Source: a virus (lineage: Duplodnaviria; Heunggongvirae; Uroviricota; Caudoviricetes). Taken from it: a DNA stretch of 64,000 nt. A program made the translations under genes and the position numbers. The stretch's first letter is position 1. Each line of letters starts with the position of its first letter. Where the stretch lies: IMG/VR virus record IMGVR_UViG_3300042473_000506. One strand, written 5' to 3'. Positions 9,905 to 19,084 of the stretch are shown here, in pieces. The notes under the pieces were generated by a model, which did no database searches, was not told the origin of the DNA, and saw only the letters and a program-made list of their open reading frames with translations.

Positions 9905-11173
9905 ATGCCTTACATTCTCAATAAAACAGATGGAACACAGATTACGATAGTACAAGATGCTTCGTTGGATCTCACAACTGATTTAATTTTTGTTGGAAGA
10001 AACTATGCAGGTTACGGTGAATGGCAAAATGAAAACTTTTTAAAATTGCTTGAGAATTTTTCAAATACTATTCCTCCATCTAAACCGATTGATGGTCAAC
10101 TTTGGTATGATACTGCAAACAAAAGACTCAATGTGTTTGATGGCGCAAATTGGAAAAGCATTTCCAATTTAGATGTTAATACTGAAAATCCTAACAATAC
10201 TAAAATCTACGAATCAGGCGATCTATGGTTTGATAGTAGAGAAGAACAACTTTATGCCTACAATGGTGAGAATTTTGTTTTAATAGGTCCTCCTAGCGGC
10301 GCCGACACCAGAGCTCAATGGAAAGGCGATGTCGAATACGCACAAGAAGATACTGGTACACCAAAATACAATATTAAAGCTATTGTAGGAGCAAATGATG
10401 AAGTAGTTGCTATGGTTTCTGCAGAAACATATACAGTAACTCAAGCAGATCAACCACCACTACCAAAATATCCTATCTATGATTCAGGTTCTACATCAAC
10501 GATCAGTAAAGGTATTACTTTAAGAGGTGCAAACTACTCAACAGGTGAATCAGCGTCTCAGGGAATTTACTTTTGGGGAAGTGCAAGGCATGCAGTTAAT
10601 GCAAATACTGCAACCACTGCAATCGGACTTGTTACAGATATTCCGCCAAGTGTAGGTACATTTCCTATTCCGTTTACAACTGGCACAACTTATACCAAAA
10701 CAGACGCAATCTACACTACTTCATCGTTTTATTATAATCCATTTGATAAAAGTGTTAAAGCTGATATTTTTAAAGGCGTTGCAACCAGTGCATATTATGC
10801 TGACATTGCTGAACGCTATGCCGCAGATGCGGCATATGAATTTGGAACTGTACTAATGTTAGGCGGAGAAAAAGAAGTTACTCTTGCTACATTACAGGCA
10901 ACGACAACGGTTGCAGGAGTAGTGAGTAAAAATCCGGCATATATGATGAATTCCGAGGCAGGAACCGACGAAACTCACCCCTATATTGCCTTAAAAGGTC
11001 GTGTTCCTTGCAAGATTTGTGGCCCCGTTAAGAAGGGCGACCTATTAGTTACCAGTGGATATAAACAGGGATATGCTACTAAGAAACAGGATCATGACAG
11101 TTCGGATGCTGTAATAGGAAAAGCCCTCGAAGATTTCGAAGGCTCTTTTGGTGTAATAGAAATTAAAGTTTAA
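9905..11173 (+). CDS. Tail fibre/spike protein with C-terminal intramolecular chaperone (peptidase G2-like) domain
   Basis: Shared N-terminal motif; C-terminal YADIAERY...GTVL...GVVS.NPAY.MN...IALKGRVP.K...KGDLLVTS...IGKALED is typical of auto-cleaved chaperone domains. Confidence 0.75.
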   Translation: MPYILNKTDGTQITIVQDASLDLTTDLIFVGRNYAGYGEWQNENFLKLLENFSNTIPPSKPIDGQLWYDTANKRLNVFDGANWKSISNLDVNTENPNNTKIYESGDLWFDSREEQLYAYNGENFVLIGPPSGADTRAQWKGDVEYAQEDTGTPKYNIKAIVGANDEVVAMVSAETYTVTQADQPPLPKYPIYDSGSTSTISKGITLRGANYSTGESASQGIYFWGSARHAVNANTATTAIGLVTDIPPSVGTFPIPFTTGTTYTKTDAIYTTSSFYYNPFDKSVKADIFKGVATSAYYADIAERYAADAAYEFGTVLMLGGEKEVTLATLQATTTVAGVVSKNPAYMMNSEAGTDETHPYIALKGRVPCKICGPVKKGDLLVTSGYKQGYATKKQDHDSSDAVIGKALEDFEGSFGVIEIKV

Positions 11174-12054
11174 ACAGCCATTGGTGCTTTAATAGCATCG
11201 TGACTAGTATAATTTACCAATTCAATATCGTCCATTGTAAACCCTGTGATGTTTTTGACAGCAGGGTTTAGTTTTAACTCTGGCAACGGTAATGGCTTAC
11301 GTGCTAATTGCTCGTTAACCTGATCAACATGATTGGTGTAGATATGAGCGTCACCTAGGGTAATAATAAGTTCGCCGACTTCTAATTCACAGGCTTGTGC
11401 AATCATATGTGTGAACAGTGCATAGCTGGCAATGTTAAACGGTACTCCGAGGAACATGTCTGCACTACGTTGATACATTGAACAACTTAGTTTCCCGTTG
11501 CTTACGTAGAATTGACTCATCATATGGCACGGAGGTAATGCCATTAGTTCTAGTTCGCCTGGATTCCATGCAGTAATGATATGTCTACGACCGTAAGGGT
11601 CTTTCTTTAAGCCGTCAATTAAATTAAGCAACTGGTCGCAATTTTGTAGGACAACTTTGTTAATACGAACTAACGGAGCACGCCACTTTCGCCATTGCAC
11701 GCCGTAGACACGACCGAGATCACCTGCATGCCGCTGGAGTCGTTTGTTTGTCCAGTAAGGTGCTGTGGCATTATCTGACCATATAGTTTTCTTATCGGTA
11801 TAACGCTCACCGTGTAGGATTTCCTTTAAGCGATTCTCATCACCACTGCCTTCAATAAACCAAAGCAGTTCGCTAACACAGGCACGCCATGCTAGCTTCT
11901 TAGTAGTAACAGCAGGAAATCCTTTCTGCAGATCAAATCGCAATTGTACACCGAACTTACTAATAGTCCCGACTCCAGTTCTATCGGGTCGCTGTTCACC
12001 TGTTGCTAAAATGTCTTTAAGTGCATTGAGATATGCTTGTTCTGGATGTGTCAT
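11170..12054 (-). CDS. thyA: Thymidylate synthase
   Basis: DRTGVGT, ELLWF, YGVQWR, TAWNP, LPPCH, YQRSADMFLGVPFNIASY, GDAHIY motifs. Confidence 0.98.
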   Translation of the reverse strand: MTHPEQAYLNALKDILATGEQRPDRTGVGTISKFGVQLRFDLQKGFPAVTTKKLAWRACVSELLWFIEGSGDENRLKEILHGERYTDKKTIWSDNATAPYWTNKRLQRHAGDLGRVYGVQWRKWRAPLVRINKVVLQNCDQLLNLIDGLKKDPYGRRHIITAWNPGELELMALPPCHMMSQFYVSNGKLSCSMYQRSADMFLGVPFNIASYALFTHMIAQACELEVGELIITLGDAHIYTNHVDQVNEQLARKPLPLPELKLNPAVKNITGFTMDDIELVNYTSHDAIKAPMAV

Positions 12055-12527
12055 AAGTTGTATTCTTTTATTGTATATTTTATCGGGTCATTAAGTATAG
12101 CGTGTTCTTTAACCTTTGTAAAGTGTTCTTTTACATAGGTAAGGTCAAAAAACTTATCACACTCATAGTCTGCATCTATTTCGGTAATATAAAATCTGTC
12201 AATAATATCGAGATATTGTTCATAAACGGCACTTCCGCCGATAATGAAAATTTCCTTATCAGGGTATTCTACAGAACAAAAATCTAAGGCAGCACCGCAG
12301 TCGTCAAAGGTGTGATCACCTAGCACTCTCTTTCTGCTTATCACTACATTAATTCTATTAGGTAAAGATTTACCCAAACTATCATATGTGGTTGAACCCA
12401 TAATAACAACTTGATTAGTTGTCATTTGTTTAAACCACTGCATATCACCCCTAAGGTGAGGCCAGGGCATTTGACCATTAAATCCTATGCCCTGGTTTCG
12501 TTCAACTGCAACTAAACAGTTAATCAT
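12051..12527 (-). CDS. folA: Dihydrofolate reductase
   Basis: GIGFNGQMPW, D..WFKQMT, VIMG..T, LPNRINVVIS, IIGGSAVY; overlaps thyA by 4 nt. Confidence 0.95.
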   Translation of the reverse strand: MINCLVAVERNQGIGFNGQMPWPHLRGDMQWFKQMTTNQVVIMGSTTYDSLGKSLPNRINVVISRKRVLGDHTFDDCGAALDFCSVEYPDKEIFIIGGSAVYEQYLDIIDRFYITEIDADYECDKFFDLTYVKEHFTKVKEHAILNDPIKYTIKEYNL

Positions 12528-13132
12528 TAAGCTTCGGCTTTTGTTGCCTTAGCCGTCTTCTTAACTGGCGGAGACATTTCGTCTGCTTTGCGGCGCATCT
12601 CTGCTGCCTGCTTAGAAAGTTTGTCTGCCATTGACCGCAAGTCAGATGCAGTAACTGGTGCTTCTGCAATTGTAGGAGCAGTGTCGACAATAATATCATC
12701 GACAATAATTTCTTCCTTGGCTTCTTTTTTAGTAACGGTAGATTTTTTCTGACCATCACTAACAGCCAAATCCTCAACAGTGATTCCTTTCTGAGTTGCA
12801 ATCATTTCATTGAGTTCATTCAATGGAATTTGTGTTTGAGTATTGGGAGTCATTAACACGAGATTAGTGGGAACTTTTTTAAGTTGTCCACGGGCGTGTA
12901 ACCAACTTAGCATTACATCACCGTCTGGGAATCGGCGTGTTGCTAAGATGTCAGCTAACTCGTTTGCTTGTTGACCGGATTCACTTTGAATAACGCTCAT
13001 CAAAGCATCGTGATTAGCATCTGGCAAGCCACTAGTCCCAACTACTAATGCGTTGTTGGGCTCTCCCGGAACAGTCCTATAAACTACTGCTACTCGAGCA
13101 GCATTATTTTTCATTTTTCCCACATGTTTCAT
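12527..13132 (-). CDS. Hypothetical protein
   Basis: 201-aa ORF translationally coupled to folA; AGGAG upstream. Confidence 0.75.
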   Translation of the reverse strand: MKHVGKMKNNAARVAVVYRTVPGEPNNALVVGTSGLPDANHDALMSVIQSESGQQANELADILATRRFPDGDVMLSWLHARGQLKKVPTNLVLMTPNTQTQIPLNELNEMIATQKGITVEDLAVSDGQKKSTVTKKEAKEEIIVDDIIVDTAPTIAEAPVTASDLRSMADKLSKQAAEMRRKADEMSPPVKKTAKATKAEA

Positions 13133-13144
13133 GTGAATCTCCTT

Positions 13145-13387
13145 TTATTGTTTTGGTGCTTTGTCGTCTGACTTAGGAGGTGCAACAGCATTTAAGAATG
13201 CGTTTAGTTTATCAAATACTGTGCCTACTCCGGACGCTTCTGAAGCTCCAAATGCCCCTCTACGAACTGCAACATCAATGATCGCACGGATATTTGTTAG
13301 ATCAGTGATTGTAAGATCTGGTTGTTGCGGTGGCGCAGCCTCTGGAGTTACTTGACTAGCGTCTTGAACTGTTTCTTGGTTTTCCAT
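13145..13387 (-). CDS. Hypothetical protein
   Basis: 80-aa ORF in the operon; AAGGA upstream. Confidence 0.7.
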   Translation of the reverse strand: MENQETVQDASQVTPEAAPPQQPDLTITDLTNIRAIIDVAVRRGAFGASEASGVGTVFDKLNAFLNAVAPPKSDDKAPKQ

Positions 13388-13678
13388 TTAATTAATTCCT
13401 TTTTTATGTAAATGTTGACATCCTAATGATAACATAGTTAGTTCTTTAGGATCCTCGATTCCTATTTCAATAACAGAAATCATTTTCCTATTTGCATCTA
13501 AACTATATTTTCCTTGTATAGCGTATCTGCTATTTAAATTATATTCGATCCATTGTTCTATAATTTTGGTATCAAACTTTGAATCAATAGAGATTTTGGA
13601 AAAATGTTCTGGAATAAAAGATAGTTTTCTAAATCCTAGAACATTTAAAGCATTTACCGTTCCTCTATTTAATGCCAT
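13388..13678 (-). CDS. Hypothetical protein
   Basis: 96-aa ORF abutting its neighbours. Confidence 0.65.
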   Translation of the reverse strand: MALNRGTVNALNVLGFRKLSFIPEHFSKISIDSKFDTKIIEQWIEYNLNSRYAIQGKYSLDANRKMISVIEIGIEDPKELTMLSLGCQHLHKKGIN

Positions 13679-13690
13679 AATCTACCTATA

Positions 13691-14959
13691 TTATTTATAA
13701 TGCGCGGTCTGGCCGAATGGAGAAATTATGGCATCGTTACCGTGAATAATAAAGATAGTATCACAATAATCTTCATCTCCCCAGCTACCGCAGGGATAAC
13801 CGTCAGTAAACATAATAAACTTCTTGGGTTGAATATCATTGTACTTCATGAATTCCCAGTTTGCATCAAAATCAGTACCACCGCCACCTTGGCAATCGTA
13901 CTCGTTAATATCATCAGCAGTATCTCCGGTAAATTGTTTGTAACCGTATACGTTAGTATCAAAACACCACAAATCTAATTTAAAGTCCTTGTACTCATCC
14001 ATAATACCTTTGACTTCTGACAAGAAATCTTTAGCCATAGCATCTGAAATACTACCAGACATATCGATTGCTACAGATACGTCAATAGTTTCTTCATTCA
14101 TCATACCTGGCAAGATAGCGCCACATTGTTGACTCTTGCGGTTAGGGCGAGCAAAGCTAAAATTGCTTTTAAGAATACTTTGGATATTCATGCGCAACAG
14201 TTGTCGCCAGTCCATCTTTGGCTCAGTAAAGTCTTTGATCATTCTAGCAATACCTGCAGGCACTTTACCTGCACCTGCTGATTGAGCAGCCGCTACCATA
14301 GCTTCTTTGATCTCATCACGGATTTGTTTCTTTTCTTCTGCAGTCAAACGTGGCCGGCCCTTACCACTTCCGTTAATTTCTTCTCCATCTTTGCCTTCAC
14401 CTTCCCCATCTTCACCCTCACCATCTAGGTGTTCGTCGAGCAATTCCCCTAATTGGGAAATATCAATCTTTTCAGCCTTGTCGTAAAGGTCCTGATAAAT
14501 CTGCTCGTAACTCCATCCGCGATATTTGTCGTCCTGGAAAATCTTAATAAAGCTAGGAACTGTACCGATACGTTCGTCTTTAAGAATTTGGTTAGCGGCA
14601 TAGTCTGCGGCAATGTTTGACAGTTGAGGGTCGCGCCCGTCTCGCCGACCCATATGATCAAATACATTATGGAGGACCTCGTGTGCAAAGCCAAACTCTG
14701 CTTCCTTAGGAGTAAGTTTATTTACAAATCCTAAATTAAAATAAAAATTGCGACCATCTGTTGCAAGGGTTTGACACCAGTCGCTAGCCTCTACCATTTT
14801 CATTCGGGTAGCAAGATTACCAAAAAACGGATGGCGGAGCAAGAGCCCAACTCGTGCGGTAATTAGTTTATCGAGAATTTTAGCTTTTTCACTTTCGCTA
14901 AAAGTTTTACCTAACCAATCTTGTTTCTTTTGTTTTTCTTGTTTCATTACTGCGGACAT
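13691..14959 (-). CDS. Putative metallopeptidase plus VWA-like domain protein (DUF2201-type), partner of MoxR ATPase
   Basis: ATDG...AHEVLH (HExxH), acidic/Gly linker, MIDAS motif AIDMSGS, GGGTDF, FTDG. Confidence 0.88.
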   Translation of the reverse strand: MSAVMKQEKQKKQDWLGKTFSESEKAKILDKLITARVGLLLRHPFFGNLATRMKMVEASDWCQTLATDGRNFYFNLGFVNKLTPKEAEFGFAHEVLHNVFDHMGRRDGRDPQLSNIAADYAANQILKDERIGTVPSFIKIFQDDKYRGWSYEQIYQDLYDKAEKIDISQLGELLDEHLDGEGEDGEGEGKDGEEINGSGKGRPRLTAEEKKQIRDEIKEAMVAAAQSAGAGKVPAGIARMIKDFTEPKMDWRQLLRMNIQSILKSNFSFARPNRKSQQCGAILPGMMNEETIDVSVAIDMSGSISDAMAKDFLSEVKGIMDEYKDFKLDLWCFDTNVYGYKQFTGDTADDINEYDCQGGGGTDFDANWEFMKYNDIQPKKFIMFTDGYPCGSWGDEDYCDTIFIIHGNDAIISPFGQTAHYK

Positions 14960-14985
14960 TTATTACTCCTAGTTGCGATAGTACT

Positions 14986-15014
14986 ATTATACATTCAATT
15001 TATCAAAAGAGCAA
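14986..15014 (-). promoter_or_regulatory. Sigma70-type promoter for the VWA gene
   Basis: TTGCTC-17 nt-TATAAT on the - strand; AGGAG RBS downstream. Confidence 0.65.
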
Positions 15015-15016
15015 GT

Positions 15017-15035
15017 AAAAAGGCCCCTAAGGGCC
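15017..15035 (-). terminator. Intrinsic terminator after the MoxR ATPase gene
   Basis: GGCCC-TTAG-GGGCC followed by TTTTT on the - strand, just after the stop at 15040. Confidence 0.6.
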
Positions 15036-15039
15036 AATT

Positions 15040-16122
15040 TTAACCTTCCATTGCCTGGATAATGTACTTGCCGTACTTATCGTGGAACTTGTCAAAGTTC
15101 TTCAATTTGCTAGCATCAAACGGCAGTTGATAGTTAGTCAACGCAACCTTTGCACCCATAACAACTAATTCAGTTGGGAAGTTATCCATCATGAATCCAA
15201 AGAAGTTGTCTGCCATTTCATCCCAGTTCTTAGCTTTCTTTTTATCAGCTTCTTGGAGCTCGTAGCACAGGCTAATAGTCAACGAATACATAGCAGAGAT
15301 TTCTTTGATATCCGATTTCTTAATCTTACCTGCTAAGATATCTTCTGGTTTCGGCATCTGTTTAGCAACCTTGCGGTGTGCCATAAATTTAACAGCAAGG
15401 CCCTCACCGATAGCACCTGCAATCAAATCAGTTAATGTGTTTTCTGGAACATCATCTTCCTCCAACAATTCGGATACAAATGACCACGAGCGAGGAGTAG
15501 CAAATGAGCGTGAGCTAGACTTTGGATCAAAGTCATACAAGTCCTGCTTGGCAAAACCAATATAACCGACAACCTGTTCGTGAATTCTATTGTTAACTGC
15601 CCACTGATGCCAGTCTTCAAAATCTGTACGGAGTTCCAAATGCAGGAAACGGTTAGCCAACGGAGCAGGCATACGATAAGTAACACCCTTGTCAGTTTCA
15701 CGGTTACCTGCGGCAACAATGCTAACACCTTTTGGCAATTGATAAGTACCAACACGACGATTCAATACTAACTGGAAAGCCGCTGCCTGTGTAGCAGGAG
15801 CCGCAGAGTTCAATTCATCCAAAAACAGAATAGCAGTAGACTCTGGATCTGTAGGCAGTTCTGCAGGAGGTGCCCAAGTCATTGTATTGGAAGTAGAATT
15901 GTAATACGGAATACCTTTAATGTCAGTAGGTTCCCATAAACTCAAACGAACGTCGATGACTTCGCGATCTGACTCATCGCCTAGTTGTTTAACAATATCG
16001 GATTTACCAATACCGGGGGGACCCCACATAAAAACCGGACGTTGCTTTTTCAAGCATTTACGGATAGCTGCCTTAGCTTCGTTTGGACCAACTGTGCGAT
16101 TTGCGGAAATTTCTTTTGACAT
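15040..16122 (-). CDS. MoxR-like AAA+ ATPase
   Basis: Walker A GPPGIGKS, Walker B ILFLDELN, AAGN, PLANRF, TPRSW. Confidence 0.92.
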   Translation of the reverse strand: MSKEISANRTVGPNEAKAAIRKCLKKQRPVFMWGPPGIGKSDIVKQLGDESDREVIDVRLSLWEPTDIKGIPYYNSTSNTMTWAPPAELPTDPESTAILFLDELNSAAPATQAAAFQLVLNRRVGTYQLPKGVSIVAAGNRETDKGVTYRMPAPLANRFLHLELRTDFEDWHQWAVNNRIHEQVVGYIGFAKQDLYDFDPKSSSRSFATPRSWSFVSELLEEDDVPENTLTDLIAGAIGEGLAVKFMAHRKVAKQMPKPEDILAGKIKKSDIKEISAMYSLTISLCYELQEADKKKAKNWDEMADNFFGFMMDNFPTELVVMGAKVALTNYQLPFDASKLKNFDKFHDKYGKYIIQAMEG

Positions 16123-16172
16123 AGTGCGCTTTCTTTAAAAAACTGTTAAAGTAAATTGTTTACAGTGTCACT

Positions 16173-16201
16173 ATTGTAGCAAAGATCTGCGGTCTTGTCA
16201 A
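16173..16201 (-). promoter_or_regulatory. Near-consensus sigma70 (early) promoter for the MoxR ATPase gene
   Basis: TTGACA-17 nt-TACAAT on the - strand. Confidence 0.75.
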
Positions 16202-16587
16202 GATGTTTTCTGTTTTTCTGTAAATCTTTTTTGGGCTCTATGAAATTTAGCTATGTTGCCAGAAAACAACACTAATTGTACTGCGGTTTTCTCACCAAAA
16301 ACCCATATTTTTCGAGCAGTTAAGTAAAACGGGCAATCAATATTTTGATCTATCCAAATGGCTAATTCATTAGTGAATAAAATGGGTTCTTCAAATTTTA
16401 TCTCATAACATTTAATATCTGCTTTCTGGAGACATTCGAACCCTTGCTCAGTTAGGCGTAGCCCACCTTTGAGCTTGTTTCTGGTGTTAACCCACCAGGT
16501 AGGAATAGTTTTTTTGATCCTTTGTTCGTCGGCGGGCAATCCTAATGACTCCAGGACAGCTTTGGTTATTTCATGCTTCGGATTCAT
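16198..16587 (-). CDS. Hypothetical protein
   Basis: 129-aa ORF overlapping the upstream gene. Confidence 0.7.
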   Translation of the reverse strand: MNPKHEITKAVLESLGLPADEQRIKKTIPTWWVNTRNKLKGGLRLTEQGFECLQKADIKCYEIKFEEPILFTNELAIWIDQNIDCPFYLTARKIWVFGEKTAVQLVLFSGNIAKFHRAQKRFTEKQKTS

Positions 16588-16870
16588 TTTCGACTTTTTC
16601 TCCGGTAGTCAACTTATACACGGAAAAGTCTGTTGTATTGAAAGTTTTGTTTAGTTTTTCGGATAGATTAAACGCATGTCCACTATTTGAAAAACTTACT
16701 TTTTTATACTTTGGACCTAGTTGTTGTGCTACTACACTGCTGGTTTTTAAATTGATAGGTTTGTCTTTGTAGAATACAGCCCAGATAGCATCAGCTTCCA
16801 AAACCTGATCAGTTTTGTAATTCTTTTTATTTGTAATCTCTAATAAAATATTTGGTTTTGGTCTGCTCAT
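16571..16870 (-). CDS. Hypothetical protein
   Basis: 99-aa ORF; GGAG RBS and TAAATA upstream. Confidence 0.75.
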   Translation of the reverse strand: MSRPKPNILLEITNKKNYKTDQVLEADAIWAVFYKDKPINLKTSSVVAQQLGPKYKKVSFSNSGHAFNLSEKLNKTFNTTDFSVYKLTTGEKVENESEA

Positions 16871-16911
16871 ACATACGTCTCCGAAAAGTGCGTATATATT
16901 TAGCAGGGTAT

Positions 16912-17133
16912 TTAAAATTTACCACCATCCATTTTAATCTGGATTACATCATTATTTTGATTTTTTGCTATTACATCTAACTCGCCTGCAAGCCTAGTCA
17001 TTACAATACTAAGACTATTTTGCAAATCTGTAACCTCTTTTATGCTTAAAGTAACTGAATTTTGATTACTTTTAATTGCAATTCTAGCTTTATTTAAAAA
17101 GTCTTCAATCGGTAATGTATTGAGTTGTTTCAT
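16912..17133 (-). CDS. Hypothetical protein
   Basis: 73-aa ORF with an ATGA overlap to the upstream gene. Confidence 0.65.
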   Translation of the reverse strand: MKQLNTLPIEDFLNKARIAIKSNQNSVTLSIKEVTDLQNSLSIVMTRLAGELDVIAKNQNNDVIQIKMDGGKF

Positions 17134-17627
17134 TGTTTGTTAACTGTGTTTAGTGCAGCTTTCATTTCGGATTCTGTTTTGTAAGGCCCATGAAAGGGAT
17201 ACCTTTCAAGAGTAATTAATTTAGGACAAAAACTTTTAACCCACCCTTTACGGAATTTAATAACATAGTAACCTGCACAATATTGACTTTTACTTTTATC
17301 ACTTTTAGCAAATAACGGTAACTTTTTCTTTACGTTATACATAGGATCGTATGGTTTAGATCCGCAAGGATAATCATATATGGAAAATGTTACAGATTCT
17401 GGTTCGTTAGATTTTTTAACAGAATCACTTAAGGTAATTCCTAACTCTTGTTTAAGTTCATCTAAATTTTTAAATTCAAACTTTTGTCCTTTGCGTAAAA
17501 ATTCGTAACCTTTTTTATGTTTAGCAATGGACCCTATTTTTTTGTCTTCGTCCTTAATAAGCCATTCTTTATTTGGTACTAATACTTTTGAAATTACATT
17601 CATATTATCTTCCTTGCTGATATTCAT
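17130..17627 (-). CDS. Hypothetical protein
   Basis: 165-aa ORF with ATGA overlaps; the start may be the second Met (MNVISK), which follows an AAGGA. Confidence 0.7.
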   Translation of the reverse strand: MNISKEDNMNVISKVLVPNKEWLIKDEDKKIGSIAKHKKGYEFLRKGQKFEFKNLDELKQELGITLSDSVKKSNEPESVTFSIYDYPCGSKPYDPMYNVKKKLPLFAKSDKSKSQYCAGYYVIKFRKGWVKSFCPKLITLERYPFHGPYKTESEMKAALNTVNKQ

Positions 17628-18616
17628 GCTGAGTAACGAGCATTAAGAGGTTCTGCATAACTAGTAACCTGCTCGCCAATCTTAGGCAGATCGTATTCTG
17701 CACAGTATTTTAATAGTCGTACACCGACTTGTGGAATATTCTTATTTGCAGTGGTTGCACCAGTGATTGTTTCTGTAATTAACAACTTAATATTATTGGG
17801 CTGTGCGGTAAGATCGCACAACACTACATTTCGATTATAATCATCCAATACACGATGCTCGACACCTTCGTGATCAGTCCACTTCTGCAACATCATATTG
17901 TTCCAATTGTAGCCTTTGCTATCGCGGTCTGCAAATGCTTCACGAAGTCCAATTTTGTTCTTTGTACCCTTTTCACGGACACCGGGATATGCACTGAAGA
18001 TGTTGTCGCTTGTATCGCCACGCATACATTTTTCAAACAACAACCAAATAGGATCAGGTTCGGGTTTCGGCAACAGTGTTTTCTTGTCGATTACACGTTT
18101 ACCTTTTTCATCAAAGTAGCCCTGGTGCGTTGTAGTAACTTGCATTACTCCGTTATACTGTTTTACATTTGGTGCAATTAATTGTGCGAAGTCGCCGTCT
18201 GTCGAAATAATCACATGGCTGTCAGCTGGATGACTTTGAATCCAGCCTGCAATTAAATCATCAGCTTCGAGCTGCGGATGTTGTAAAACAGTACAATTAG
18301 TCTTGTTGGTAACAAAATCTTTAAACTGATCAAACGTTTCCCAAAACACTCGATCCTCTTCTTGTTCGCGTGGACTCTGAGCTGCCCGGGCTTCTGTACG
18401 CTGCCGCTTATAGGGAGCATAATAGTCCTTGCGCCAGCTACGCCCCTCTAAGAAAAAGATAACATGGTTACCATTAAATTCTCGCCACGCCTTGCGAACA
18501 CTGCTCAATACAGTAGAGATACTCATACCTACTTTGTCTTCGATGCTGCCACGAACTACGTGACGTGCCCGAAAGAACGTGTTTGCTGTATCCACAAGGA
18601 TATATGTTTTTGACAT
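17624..18616 (-). CDS. rnh: T4 RNase H-like 5'-3' exonuclease / flap endonuclease
   Basis: ILVDTAN, EADDLIA, ISTDGDFAQL, RGDTSDNIFSAYPG: PIN/FEN-family acidic motifs. Confidence 0.9.
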   Translation of the reverse strand: MSKTYILVDTANTFFRARHVVRGSIEDKVGMSISTVLSSVRKAWREFNGNHVIFFLEGRSWRKDYYAPYKRQRTEARAAQSPREQEEDRVFWETFDQFKDFVTNKTNCTVLQHPQLEADDLIAGWIQSHPADSHVIISTDGDFAQLIAPNVKQYNGVMQVTTTHQGYFDEKGKRVIDKKTLLPKPEPDPIWLLFEKCMRGDTSDNIFSAYPGVREKGTKNKIGLREAFADRDSKGYNWNNMMLQKWTDHEGVEHRVLDDYNRNVVLCDLTAQPNNIKLLITETITGATTANKNIPQVGVRLLKYCAEYDLPKIGEQVTSYAEPLNARYSA

Positions 18617-19083
18617 TAAAATACTTCCGACTTACCGTCGCCTAAATTGTTTACGTTAATAAATCCACTACCTCTACGATCCATGTCAACGCCAGATTCT
18701 GACCCAACACCTTTGCAAAGTTCTTGGAACCACTGATCAACAACTGCCTCTTCTGTTTCGCCTTTGTAACCAGCTTCTTTTAACTGTAACACAAAGTATT
18801 CATTCCAGTCAAGCTCAAAAAAACCATTGCGGATATTGTCCTTGTTTACATGAGTATCCAGTACCGCCACCCAAGGTTCTTTTTTTTCAGTAGCAAGCGC
18901 CTTTGGTCCAAGCTTCGCAAGTCTTTCTTCTTCTTGTGCTTGTACTGCTGCCTGTCTTGCTCGTTCCGCTTCTCTTTGTTGAGCCGCCGTTTCGTCTACT
19001 GCTTGACTCATTCTAGTCTCGGCATCGGAAATAGCTTTTTCGATCTTATCAATGCCAAAAAGTTTTTTAATAAATTTGTTCAT
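18616..19083 (-). CDS. Hypothetical protein (N-terminal coiled coil)
   Basis: 155-aa ORF coupled to rnh. Confidence 0.7.
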   Translation of the reverse strand: MNKFIKKLFGIDKIEKAISDAETRMSQAVDETAAQQREAERARQAAVQAQEEERLAKLGPKALATEKKEPWVAVLDTHVNKDNIRNGFFELDWNEYFVLQLKEAGYKGETEEAVVDQWFQELCKGVGSESGVDMDRRGSGFINVNNLGDGKSEVF

Positions 19084-19084
19084 A

